Part shown: piece by piece, positions 39,535-52,963 of the stretch
Layout: every line of letters begins with the position of its first letter
Position numbering within the stretch: the stretch's first letter is position 1
Source: Blasia pusilla
Taxonomy: Eukaryota
Direction of reading: 5' to 3'
DNA length: 64,000 bases
NCBI GenBank assembly: GCA_050084515.1
Contig: CM114271.1
Location: 14,074,001 to 14,138,000 of the forward strand
The notes under the pieces: generated by a model
The model's input: only the letters and a program-made list of their open reading frames with translations
What the model was told of the DNA's origin: nothing
Databases searched by the model: none
Translations under genes and position numbers: made by a program

Positions 39535-40980
39535 AATATTATAATGGGTGATTATAAATATTAGTAAATTATAATAAATAATCAAAATTTTACAATTTTT
39601 ATCCCAATTCATATTTGATGGAAAAAATAAATTAATTAATGGAGGAGTAGATTTTATTTAAATTTTATGGAGAGATAAAATTAGTGTATTGGGATATCAT
39701 TTAAATTTGATTGGAGGATTGTAATTACTAAGAAGAGTGAAATGTTATTGCTCTTCTAAGATTTTAGAAAATAGAAATCATATTTGAAATTTGAAATAAT
39801 AACATGATCATTTTTTAAATAATAATTTTAATTCACATGTGATATTTTGGAAAAGGAAAATGAATTTTAATGGAAAAAGAAAATAATTTTGTTAATTAAA
39901 ATTAGCTAAGATTTTGGTTAGTGAATGTTATGTTGGTGGGAAGAATGGAAGGGGAAGAATAGTTACTATTTGAGCTTTCATGGAGGAGTGAAATTATTTA
40001 GGGAGATGGGTGTTATTTAAAGGTGAATTTTTTTATTCTTTTAAGATTTAAAATTTTTATACTTAAATTTAAAATTAAATACAATTTGAAAATTTAAACA
40101 TAATTTTAAAAAAATATTATTGACACCTGTTTTTTAAGGCCTGTTGACATGTTGTTATTGGACAAGAAAGAGGACATGGTTTGATGAAACCCTCCTCACA
40201 TGTCTTATAAGGTTCCTATGGTGTCGATACGTGTCAAAAAGAGTTAAAATTAAAAAGAGATAACAAAGAAAATGCTAGTTTTATAATCTATATTATTAAA
40301 AGAGGACACAGTTTGAGAATCCTTTCCTCCCGTAGGCGTTTTGAAGCCTTTCCATAGGGATTTTTCAATGGCCACAAAGGAGATTTAAGCACATGGAAGG
40401 GAAGGGGCTACGGGGACGACTAAGGGGAGGGGTATTCAATTAATGAGGCTTTAGGGGTAGGGGAGGGTGGGAGGGGGCATTCAAATAATAATAATCAATG
40501 TGTTTGAATTTTACTATTTGAACCATCTACAAATAGTCCAAGTAGGAAAAACCCATAAGGATTTGTATGAAATAGAAAAATATTTTATTAATTATTTAAT
40601 GATTTATTTAATATTACAATGGATGATTATAAATACTAATAAAAAGTAATAATTTTGATAAATAAAAAAATAGAATTTGTATCTTAATTCACATGTGATT
40701 GAAAGGGAAAATAAATTTTAATGGAGAAGGAATAGATCAAATTTTATGGAAGGTTAAAATTATTAAGGGGATTGGGATATATTAAAATTTGAATGGAGTA
40801 TTGTATTTACTTAAAAGAGTGAAATGTTATTACTCTTCTAAGATTTTAGAAAATAAGAATTATATTTAAAATTTGAAATTAATGATGTGATTATTTTTTA
40901 AATTAATTTTCTTAATTCACATGTGATATTTTAGGAAAGGAAAGTGAATTTGAATGGAGAAAGAAAATTATTTCATTAAT
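39535..40980. repeat. Two diverged copies of an AT-rich ~360-bp repeat (about 39535-39900 and 40612-40980), possibly non-autonomous Helitron-like
   Basis: Shared blocks AAGAGTGAAATGTTATT.CTCTTCTAAGATTTTAGAAAATA and TAATTCACATGTGATATTTT. CTAG at 40275-40278 is followed by A|TCTATATTATTAAAAG at 40287, resembling Helitron termini, but no 3' hairpin was seen. Confidence 0.55.
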
Positions 40981-41009
40981 ACCAGATTTTGAGATACATA
41001 CACCTCCTC

Positions 41010-41278
41010 CTTGAGACTCACGTTCAAAAATACAAACTTCACATCGTATTGGTATATAGGCCAACGTCTTGTTCTTGCCACATGTAGATTAAGGAGTGGA
41101 GTTTTAGACCAGGTGAGCTATTTTTACTACTCTGATTTTGTTGTGGGGTCTCAATGTATATGCGTGAGTTTTTTTCGTTTATGGATGGATCAACCAGTGT
41201 GTTGGGAAGATCAGTGTTGTGTGGTGTGTTGATGTGACCAGCGATGTGGGTTGTGTAGCGATGTGTCTGCGCAATACA
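41010..41278 (+). repeat. Gypsy LTR 3'-end fragment
   Basis: GTGACCAGCGATGTGGGTTGTGTAGCGATGTGTCTGCGCA is the near-exact reverse complement of 17398-17437. Confidence 0.75.
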
Positions 41279-42961
41279 GTTTTGATAACCTAGTAGTCAT
41301 GAGATACATCTTTTGACTACAAGTCTATTCTAATTCCTTCCTTTATAAGAAGGAATCAAAATTTGAGCTCTAATACAAAAGCTCAAAGTCAGCCTATGGC
41401 AACTTTGTGCCACTCTTAGGCGCCAAGGTTAATATTATCGGGATCCCCATTTGGAGAAACACTTATCTCTTTGAATATTACATTTCTTCAAATGGAAATT
41501 GAAGATTGACATCGAAAAGGAAAATTTTCCCTCCTTTGGGTGATATTAAATTTAATACTGAAAAAAGAAGAAGATTGATTGTTTGTAGTCTATATGTGTG
41601 TAGTGGACGTACGGTGGTTTAGTTCATCTCCTAACTTGTTTCCTATGAAGAAGAATTGAGAAGCCCTAATCTTTGCTTTAAGGTTGCTCCAAAGCCTTCA
41701 CCTTATATGTAAGAGAAAAATGTGGTGTCCCGATTGTTGAGCCTTCACAAGTCATCCAAAGTATTGTGTAGGAAACTCAAATTCTTATTTGGTTGCTTAA
41801 AGTTGATCAAAGCTTTTAAACCACAAGTTCTAGAAAATCGTTTTCTAGCATTGAGTTCTAGTTTTTCTTTTCTTCTTTAAAGGGTCTTTGATGATTAGTT
41901 GAATAAGAAAATAGAAAGATTTACTACTTGAGTTCTATTTGGGTTCCTTGAGTTCTTCACAAACCTTCACACCATATATTCGGAATTTTTTTTTGTCCCA
42001 TTAATTACCATAAGATAATCACTACTCCTTGATGTTTACTTAGTTCTAACTTAAAGTGTTTTTTTCCCAATAGTAATCTAACTTAGTTGACAGATTGCAT
42101 GAAATCATAACTTAAGTTCTCATACTTTCTTTGAATGGATGCCAAAACCTTCATAGTCTCCTCTCCACATATTAGTGTGCATACCATGATTTGCACGAGG
42201 TTAATCCCCATAATTTTTTTAGAAAAAATCCATATTTTCCATGGTAGGAAAATTATTTCTTCCTATCCCAATGCCTTGTGTAAAATAGAATGGCGTTTGC
42301 AAATCAAGAAACTATCCCCTTTCATAGTATAATAGATTAACCATTCATGGATTAAAGATGAATTGCTTTTGTTATGGTGTTAGTTTGGAGATAAGAAAGA
42401 CTATGAATTGAATCAATACTTAAGTCATAATTTTTCCTTAAAGCAAATATGACTAGAAGGAAATCATTATCATCAATGACAGCCCAAACCCTGAAGATTT
42501 ATTGATTCACAAAAATGATAAAATTAGTATAAAGAACTAATTTTATCATTTTTGGTGAATTAAAAAATATTTAAGGAAAAAATATCCCCTTAAAACAAGT
42601 AAAAATATTTATTTTTTCTTTTTTTATTCAAGATATGAAGTATTATAATGAAAAAATATGACTTGACTTTAAGCTTCTTGAAGAAAATGTATGATCCAAA
42701 AGAAACGCACCAATTTTGAATTATATTTCAGGACTCTTTGAAACTAAATGTTCCTCACACATTAAAAGATGATGTCATTGCAATGATTTTCTATTTCTTT
42801 TGAATGGTCATGTTTGCATACCAATCTTATTTTCCTCTAGGTCTTGCCTTTTTGTCGGTGAAATTTTTCTCCTTCAATTTTAAGTATTGATTGTTAAAAG
42901 ATCACCTTCATCTTATCTATGTGTGAAACACTCTCGACTCTCTCATAAATAAAAATTCCAG

Positions 42962-45900
42962 CTATCTAGGAGGCATGGCAGTAAGCTCTATGTTGGATCT
43001 AGTATTAGTAATACTCCCTGAGAAGCTTGATTGACCATGTTTGAGCAATGGAGCCTTTCCACTCTCAATAAAATTAAGAAGCGTATTGTTAGAAGAACTA
43101 GCCTCAAAGAGATGTTCGTACATTGGCGGTATGCTCTTTAATTCATTGATTATCTCAACTACTACCCCTGTATTTCCCAAAAGCATGATCACTACTTGAG
43201 ACATTGTGGGTCGTTTGGTTCGATCCTCTTGAAGACACAAAAGCGCAACTTTCAACACTCGTATCACCTCCTCTAAGTCCTCTTTGGAACACATTTCCCG
43301 AAGCTCCAATTGTAAAAGCTCCAACAACTTTTCTTTCTTGAAAAGTTCAAATGCCTACACATAGAAACACAATATTCAAATATATTCTTAGTATTGTAAT
43401 GTCATGGTAGCTATTTTTTTGGAAGTTTACTACATAATATTCTCTATAATTAAGAGAGTTTTTGTCTAAGCCCAAGTAACTACAGGAACTCCAAAAATTG
43501 AGTGGAAAAACCACAAGGATGTTTGAGATAGTAAGTTGATTTAATGACATGAGTAGGGAGTTTCAATTGGTTATATAATTGCAATCGTAATGTATGTGAG
43601 CTTTCAAATATACCCTTGTTAACCTAGGTGATTTGAAGAAAACCTACCCAATTCCTTAGAAAGACGAGTTTTTCTTGCAAGGAACGATCAATGCATTTCC
43701 TTCCAGCTACTATCTCCAACATAAGGATGCCATAGCTGTAGACATCGAGTTTCTCGGTGAGCACCCCATTAGTTGCATACTCTGGCGAGATGTAACCCCT
43801 GCAAGTTCCCACCAAAGAAAATTTTGAACTTGAATAATGTTGGTAGCCTATAAGGCTCTTATTCAATCTTAACTATATAGGTTTTAGACAAATTTAAAGT
43901 TCAAATTTGAAGATTTGATTTTTTCGTTAGACTAAGTTTCTTGGGTATAACAAGAGTGATGGGATAGTGTATATATGTTTGGAAGAAGTTGCTAAAACCA
44001 AGTAGATTAAACTATTAGAAGACATACAATGTTCCACCATAACTGTTGAAAATTTGAGTCTTATCTTCCATGATAGGCCATGCGAGTCCAAAATCTGCGA
44101 TTTTTGCATCAAGATTCTTGTCGAGAAGAATATTTTCAGGCTTGATATCCCTACAAAGCGCAATTTAAAATTATGAGTAAGAAATTTCCTATACCTTTTA
44201 TGGAGAGAATTTTCAATCAAGATATGTACATGGAAAGTGATAACAATGATATGTACATGGAAAGTGATAACAAGGATATGTACATGGAGAGTGATAACAA
44301 CTATCTATGAAGGGTTGATGGATGAGAAAAGCTTACCTATGAATTATCCTTGGTTGTAATTCTTCATGGAGATAAGAAAGACCACGTGCAATTCCCAAAC
44401 AGATTTTAAAACGTTGTGGCCAATCCAAAATCTTTTCAACCTTTTCACCTACAATTTCCCATCTCATCATTAGTGTGCAAAAACCTTCATAAGATTTCAA
44501 AAGCACAATTATAATACCTCAATCTAACTCTAATTACAATTTTGAGATCTAAAGCTATTTTATTGTTCATATGGTTTCTAGATATTCAAGAAAAACATAA
44601 TAACCTACTCCTTGACCGTCTCTTGCACGAGACTACCTATGATGATTCTAAAAATTGAAACTAGTTATATTTTTTTACCCAATGATACTCCTAAGCAAGT
44701 AATCAATAAAAATTTTTAAGAGTTCAAGTTTGAATATGTAATCATATTTCCAATGGAATCTTTTTTTGAAGGTTTAGTTCTTAAGCGTTTGATATGAGTC
44801 ATATAAGATAATGGAGCATGATTGAGAATATCTAAGTGAAATGAATGGATGATCATGATAATTAACAAGTAAACAACATACCCCACAATGCCTCGGCCAC
44901 GTTTTTCCCTTCTGCATATTCGTAGACCAATATGCGTTGCTCATCCCTTAGACAACAACCTTTGAGTTGAATTAAATTTCGATGTTTGATCCCGTTTATC
45001 AAAACCACTTCATTAAAAAAATCATCAAGAGTATTTGGGGAGGAATTAAGAACTTTCACTGCTAGGGTTGTCCCATTATCAAGAACTGCCTGCAATTGAC
45101 CAAACATTACATCAATTGATTATCAGAAAATTTCAACTAGGTCTCTACATTGTCTCAAGTGGATGTTGCAAAAAAATAGTAACATTCAAGCTAAGATTCA
45201 TCCCTTGTTATTCTTAAACATCTCTTTGCTTTAAATCTAGGAACAAAAAATAAGGAATTTCTACAAATGGAGTGGGAGTTACAATTCAAAAGCTTAAAAG
45301 GGGTTTAATTAATTTTTGGAGTGGAGAATTGACTTTATTTTGGAGAGTAATTTTTAATGTTATTCATAATATTAATAATAATTAATGGAGTAAATCCAAT
45401 TGGATGGCACTGAGTCTCTAGTTTTGAAATTTTCATATGTATGCTAGAAATCTAGAAATCCCATACATTGGACCGATTTCAAATATCATAAATGTGATGT
45501 AGTGTGCAATACCTTGTAAACATTCCCAAAGGCACCTGCTCCTAATTTATGCTCTTGGTGAAAACCTCGTGTTGCTGCTTTTAGTAATTGGTATTTGTAG
45601 AATGGTGGATGCACCTTTCGTTTCTCTAGACCTGAATTATTGGAGAGATTGTAAATCACGAGTAGGATCATTAAAGTTACAATATGATTTTAACCTCATG
45701 AAACTCATAGTGTTGTAATACATTCACAAGCATCATTTTTTAATCTTGAATTTTTTAATGCAGACTACTAGGTCTTCTGGTTTCTGGAAAGATGTATCAT
45801 TCAAAGGAAACTACTTCATGATTTCATCGGAAAAACTTATAAACTATATACGGTGGCCTAGACGATTGAGAAAAAAATTTTCTTGAGTATTACGTACCTT

Positions 45901-48900
45901 CTTGTATACTACGAAGTTTACGTTCTCGAATACACATTCTCCAAAGCGAAGCAATTGTACACATACAACATAACGTAATGATCACTGCTCCCACAGAAAG
46001 ACTAATGACTAAGATTTCTTTTGAAGAAGAATCTGTTGGTGCCATAATCCAAAACACACGTGAATCCCTAGTTAGCATAAGGAGAGTTTGGAATAGCTTG
46101 CACTAGATCAATGACTAAAAAAAGAAGAAAAAATGCATGAACACATTTTTAAGTCTTATGATCCATAAACCAAGTGTGATGATAATATCATGATATTTAG
46201 AACTTGTCAAAATATTTGGAGTAACCTACCTGATATTTGATCGATTTCACGACTGCGACATAGATATTTATGGGCCCACTTTTCCGTTTTGAAGCACCAG
46301 GGATTCCCACCCAACCTAACATTATGATCCAATATTCCCAAATGTAATAATGTCAGCGTACGATAGGTCACACTTTCCATAATTGAGGAGCTGTACAAAG
46401 TAATTTCACTTAAAAATTAACCATTTTGCAATGAAGAAAGTCAATCCTTCTTCTTAAACTGTGTGTCCTTTCTTGTTTTTTTTCAATTAAATTCTTTCAT
46501 TTTAACTACCCCTTTCTCATTCCATTTTTCAGTCCTATCTCGAGCTCCTTATTTTAAGAAAGAAAATCACTTGGACAACAAGAAAACATTTGTGTGGGCA
46601 ACATGACTATTAGCATCATCATCATTACCACTAGTCATCTTCAATTGGAAAATCATGTCCATCTCAACTATATATGTCAAGTATGATAAACACCTTTGTA
46701 TGATGGAAATGATTTTCTTCTATTGAAAAATGTTTCTAATGAAAGGAAACGATATACTTGATTTAGTTTTTTGATGCATAGTACAAATTTTCTAGAGATG
46801 TTTTCCATATTTAGTTAAATAACCTATGCAAGGGGGGTAATGCAAAAGGATGAATTTATACTCACAAAATAATTGGGGAGTTTTCTAATTTTCCTCTTGG
46901 AATGCGATCCAACTTATCCACGGAAATCCCAATTGTTGTGATGTTGTTGTTAACAAAAGACACCAACCTCAACGATGTAGCTACATGGTCTTGTTGTAGA
47001 GTATTGTTATACCATGTTGTGAGGTCCAATGCATCATTGATAGAGTTGTTATTGAAGTTGCTGCATACAAAGACAAGAACATGACCCCCATTTAAAGACA
47101 AGGTTGAACATGGACATATCCAAGGATGCAAACTTATGTCCATCCTCATTCAAAATTCTCCTTGCAAATTCTTTTCTACACATTTATGATTTGAGGCCTT
47201 CCCACGCTCCTCCCCTAAAATGATCATGACCTCTTGAAATATCATCAAGCTGTTGAGAGGCCAACTTACACAACTTGGAGTGATGTATGATTCCAAATAC
47301 CGTCAAGAACAACACTTGCGAGCTTGTTATCCTCCACGTTTCTGCACGGAAGCCTTTAAGATTTCATGAATTCTTCAACGTGGCCTTACCATATCCTATG
47401 GGGCACCTTTGGGACACATAGCCATGCATGATCTTAGGAGTGAGTAGATATGGCTGATGAATCCATGAGCCAATGACCTCCGAGTGTTTGGATAGACGAC
47501 TCAGATTAGATTACTCAAACTATGCATAGAATACTTAGATTCGATTCCCAGTATCAGATCTCACGCTTCACTGTAAGAAAATACAGCTGACTGCAATGGC
47601 TTGTCAACATGGTCGAACTGTAGAAACGGATTCCACGTGTGGAGTGATGAAACAAAGGTACTTCTTAAGCAGAGCGGAAGCTTTGAACTAATAAGCGTTA
47701 AGAGAAATGGATGGATGAGAGAACGATTACTGCTGGAGCTTACAATTCCGAGAGGGATGTAAGGTCTGGGAGAGATACACTGAAGTTGCCGTCGAATCGA
47801 TTATTAGACAGATCCAATGTTCTGAGGTTTGTCAGACTTTCAAATGTCGAGGGTATGGGTCCTGAAAGCTGGTTGTAACTGAGATTCCTGTGATGATCAT
47901 CAAAGACAGCGTCCGGTCCAGTAGTGCAACTTTAGTCTTCTTCAATGCTAGTAGAGCGTGAATGGAATTTGCGTAAGACCAGGCATTAAAGCGTCAGATG
48001 ATTTGTCTTGAAAACATGATGTAAGCTCAAACAGAATCAGACTTACAGATTGACGATCGATAGGTCCAAAGCGACAATTAACTCGTCAATTCTCCCACTG
48101 AGTTGATTGTGGCTACATGATCTGCAGCATTTCGTTGAGAAATTAGCAGTCGTGAATATTATGTAGCAACGCCTATTAATTGTAGATATCTGGAGACCAA
48201 CTTTGAGTTAATAGATTTACTAATATTAAGAAATTTCTCACGCTGATCATTACTCTTTTGTCAACAACGACTTGAAACGCTCCAAGTTGCCGACAACTTC
48301 AGCTTCAAGCAAAGTACTGTACAGGACTCTTGGGTGTAATCAATCAAGTAGGATGATTTCAAAGTTACACACTCCACGATGACGCGGAGGTTTTCACCAA
48401 ATTGAAGAGATACATGACATCAGAAAGGAACAGGTACAATGTCAGGAACTCGAAGCGGAAAGTTCGAAAGACCTTGGTCTCAAGGACTATCAGAGTGCTC
48501 GTAGAGCTGAGCCGAATGAGCTGGAAGTTCCTGAATCAGAGTTTCTATTGGTACAAAATGGCATGGCGCACTTACAGGCTCTCTAGATATTGCAGCGATC
48601 GTGGTTTGAACTTCGGCAACTCGCCCGTCAGAGAGTTATTTGCGATGTTCCTGCATCCCAGCGGTAACAAGAATCCGTAGGTCTTACCTTTAGAATGATT
48701 GAATTCGATTTGTATCTTTGTAATGTTATGAAGTCCGATCGAACCAATCCATTCAGCAGGTTATTTATACTTTATAAACAGGTTTCAAATGTCTGGCTAA
48801 GCACAAGATTTAACTAGTACGAAGGTTTCTATGTACACCGCACGTAAAGTCACAATGCTTCCCGGATCAAATGCATATGGAAGGACAGAATCGAAAATTC

Positions 48901-51900
48901 TAACGACATTCTCCTGCCACACATGATTCGTATGGTTTTTCATATTTTCCGTGGATTCTGAAGATGCCTCGTGCTTTTTGAATTTCATCCTGAGATTCAT
49001 TACAAGAAATTAAGAAAGCCGTCACATACACTTCTCGAAGATAAGAAATCTCGGCCATGGAAAGCGGCAGATGGCCGAAAAAGTTGTTATGTGACAAATC
49101 CAAGATCGTGAGACGGTCCAAGTTTCCCAAGTCGCTCGTTATGTTTCCCTCAATCCCTCTGCCGGTAACGTTTCTGTAAACATGACGATAGACAGGAATC
49201 AATTCAGATGTGTTAAACAGACGTAGCTTCCGACATAACGAGTCATCTTGGAATTCAGAGTCCAAAGTTACCATGAAACATTGAGCTGACGTTGGCTTAA
49301 TTATACAAGAATGAAAGAAGTTTGTTGAAAGGAAACTCAAGATTACATAAAGACTACTAAGAATTTTGGAGAACTTCAAATGGAAAGCTCAGCTCCAAAC
49401 CATTGCTATGTGAGAGTTCTGGCAGAAAAGTAAGACGCCGTGAAGTGAAAAAAGGGATACGATCGACAATCTCCCACATTTGAATCTTTGCCGTGACTGC
49501 TCCACATTGTGGAAATCCGTTTCAAAATAGGTCAACGAACCATTTTTGGCGCTTTTTAAACTCTGTCCCAAACCTGTGAACCTGTTTCTGAGCCTACATT
49601 CCGGGAGAAGTTTCCAAACTTGGCGCACAGATTTTGGACAGCTTACCTAAGACGGACGAACTAAGATGGAGAACGACTTAGAAGATTGTGGAGAGTTATT
49701 TGTGGATGAACGAATATGGAGGTGAGTTACTCTTCCGATTCGGAGTCTTTGTGTAGAGCTCGCTAGCAGCACTCAAGATCGGATCATCCAATTTTCCGTC
49801 GACTGACGTACATGTATACTTGCCGAAGGGTAACGACTGGAGCTACAGTACTTATAGCTACAGTCGTATAAGTGAACTTCAACTTACATCTGCGTTACTC
49901 GAGGTGGTACTTCAATGCTGCAAACGAGCCAGCTCCATGGGACTGGCAGACAAGGATCGCCGTCCTGATCCAAAAATTTCGGAGAGCTTTCGTTGGAGAA
50001 TTGGATGATAGCACCAGCTGTAAGTCACAACGCACAAGAGACGGAAGTCACTGACATCCACGAATCCACTGAAGATCCAAGATCATATTGATGTCCTCTG
50101 CCTGTGCATCTGGAGCCATCGGTGCTTTAAGATGGAAATAAAAAAAAGTTTTACGGGAAACGAGCGCAAGACTATCTGTAGTGGAAAACAGACGTTTCTT
50201 AAACATTCACAGTTGTAGTCAACTCATTTAGACGCACAGTCAAAAACGAGTCGGATCTGATGCTTACCGTCAGTTGTATATGTTCTCTGCATCACCGCCT
50301 CGAACTCTCCCAACATCTCAAGTGCATTGAGCAACGGCGGAAGGGAACTTGCACTATTCTTCGAGAACCCGAAGGTTGGATTTGAATTTTTAAATTTCTG
50401 ATGAGCATTATAAATTTTCCATCTGATGTCCGTGGAGATATTTCTATCTGTGTCCCAATCCTCATTATCGAGTGTGACATTTACAACCCGTTGTTGTTTA
50501 CTTGCTTCGGATCGTTCAAAGTCCCAAAAGTTGACCGTGAAGTAGAAAGTCTCGATTCCCGATTGACGAGGGATTTCGGAAAGATTTAACTCTATACTGA
50601 AAGATTCATTGACAGCTTCCCAGGCAGTGAGCCATACCTTCTCGGGCACGAAATTAGCATCCCCCAGAGACTCACTTTTCACTGTAGTATTTATGTCTTT
50701 CACGCTACCCGGGGAGACGCTAATTGTGGAGTCTGACGAGTGCCACAGGCGATCATATTTGTCCTCGGGGTATCTGCACAAGATTTGGAGGACTCGTCAT
50801 CATCGACTGGGGACAACATAAGATCGGTGAGAAAATAAGACAGACATTCACCCCTTCGCGTTGTCCATGCTGTCAAACAGACCATTGTAGGAGACATGAT
50901 AATTAATCCCCCATTTCAACTCTGGGCCCTGACAGGCGAGTTTATATCAGATCTGTTCACGAGCATGAAGATAGCCGAGGTTCAACCCTACATGAGTCGA
51001 CAATTGTGTGTTCACCTCCTCCACTCAATCAAACTTCATCTACGCAACCCTAGGTCGGCACGTCTGGATTTCCTGCAGTTGTTGGTCAGGGCAGCAGCAG
51101 GGTGTCGAGTTCCTTCATGCTCGAACTGATCATAACCATAATCTGCATCTAGCGTCCATGCCAGAGGTAATTTGTTTGGTAAATCTTGAGAACTAGGGTG
51201 TCCTGTCGATGAGGTGTAGCCATCGTTGTGTAGTGAAACCTGGAAAATCATCAGGACTAACTGCTTCGATATACTCAATGTCTATTTGCCATGGACAACT
51301 GATCGAATTGAGCAATACGTGCGTAATCCAATGCCCGGCCTTTCACGACGGTCCCAGTAAGATGTTGAGAGGAGGATCGATATTCGAATGATCCGTGGAT
51401 TTTGAGATGGACACTCCTCAAAGCTAGAGAAAGAAACTTAGCACTATGCCAACAATCCATTGTAGCACCGATGAACGTGAAACTATATCCAGACATGATG
51501 TCTCATGTATCCCGGAAGGAAACCCATGGAACACCCAATTATTGAGTCGCAAAAAACATCCTAGACAGTTGAGTAAGCACTCCGAAACGTCGGGTATTAC
51601 ACGTACATACCTTATCGTTGGAAGGCGGACATTGATGCCCAAGTTGAGGCGACAAACCGACACCAGATATGTAGAGCTGACCGTATTATCGGTAGAGGCC
51701 TGAGAACTGATATTTCCTCCCCTCCCATACATGTGGGGGTCTAGCTCACGAAGCTCTAATGACGAGATGGCTAGCATTGAGGATCTGTCCTCTAAGGGCA
51801 CTAGGCAGGCGTACAGCAACCGGTCCAAAGTATTCACGATGACCTCAAGGGTTCTAGGTTCGTGCGGATGCAGTTCGATGGTTGAGATGAACGTCGAGTC

Positions 51901-52963
51901 TATGGTGAAGTAGAATCGGTTGGCCTTCCCATCTTCCAGAACTCGGTCGGCTGCCTCAGATTGTCTGCTGTCAGTGGAAAACTTCATATTGCTGCTAGGA
52001 AACATTGCGCGAACGAGATAGTTATAGGCGAAGTCGGATCGAAACTTGACTGGGATCTTGTAGCAGTATTTCGGATGTGCATTTTCGACCGGAAGAAAGA
52101 CCCTCGCTGTCTTCAACTGATCTCGGTTGTCGACGTATTGCGAGGAAGTGTTTCCCAGCGTCACTTCTGTTGTGAACGAAATATTCCTGTCTTCGAGGTC
52201 GCTCTTCGAGCCCAGATACTTATCTTCCGATTCCCATGTGAGATTCGTGACGAGATCAGAGTAATTCTTTCCAACGCTGCCGCAATCGATGCTGATGAAA
52301 TCTGTACTAGCCACGACATTGTGCCGTCAGGAGACTCACGAAACTTGAAGGTAATGAGTTTTGTCCGAAGGCAACGCAGCTATCGTTTGAGCGTTACGAT
52401 GCGATCCATCATAAAAACACTGTTTGGAAACTGCTCGCTATAGCAATGAATTTCATGATCGCACTATGCTTGACGAGGACTCTGACTTCCATGCGGAATC
52501 CACACACTTTGAAACTAGGATTTGTTACTTGAAGGCGATAGAAATCACGTGAATTTTGATTTCCGTAGAGCTCAACTCTGAGTTTTTCCGATATTCCGCT
52601 AGAAGACTTGAAATTAAAGAGTGGAAGGAATTTATCGATCCAATTGCACACGCCTAGCGCAACTCGGTCATACAATAATCAAAGACTTCAATTGATCTCA
52701 ACTTTGAAGTTCTTTGTTCCATGTATTCCACGAACCCAGCTCATGATCTACCGCAATTGTAGAGTAAGTACGGATCATAAGGCGCGCAGCAGCTAGGGTT
52801 CCTCATGAATCAAACGGACCGAGTAAGGAACGTCACAAGGGAATGCGCATAAAAAAGACTAACCTTGCTGACAGGAGACCTCGTAAGTCGATGCTAGCAA
52901 AAACACCAACAGAAATTTGAACAGAATCCGATGTACGCGAACCCGCGCACTCATGGTTTTCAT
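42962..52963 (-). CDS. Malectin-like domain, leucine-rich-repeat receptor-like Ser/Thr kinase (RD kinase), multi-exon, apparently intact
   Basis: Signal-peptide exon about 52864-52963; FISIDCG malectin-like exons about 51611-52302 and 50268-50773; [10 protein letters not shown] exon about 49885-50017; LRR exons at about 49.1, 48.6, 48.1, 47.8, 47.3 and 46.9 kb; LGGNPWC cap about 46230-46315; TM exon about 45898-46032; kinase [67 protein letters not shown]. Splice phases are consistent where checked. Confidence 0.9.
44221..44301. repeat. 3 x 27-bp tandem repeat in a kinase intron
   Basis: GATATGTACATGGARAGTGATAACAAN at 44221, 44248 and 44275. Confidence 0.95.
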
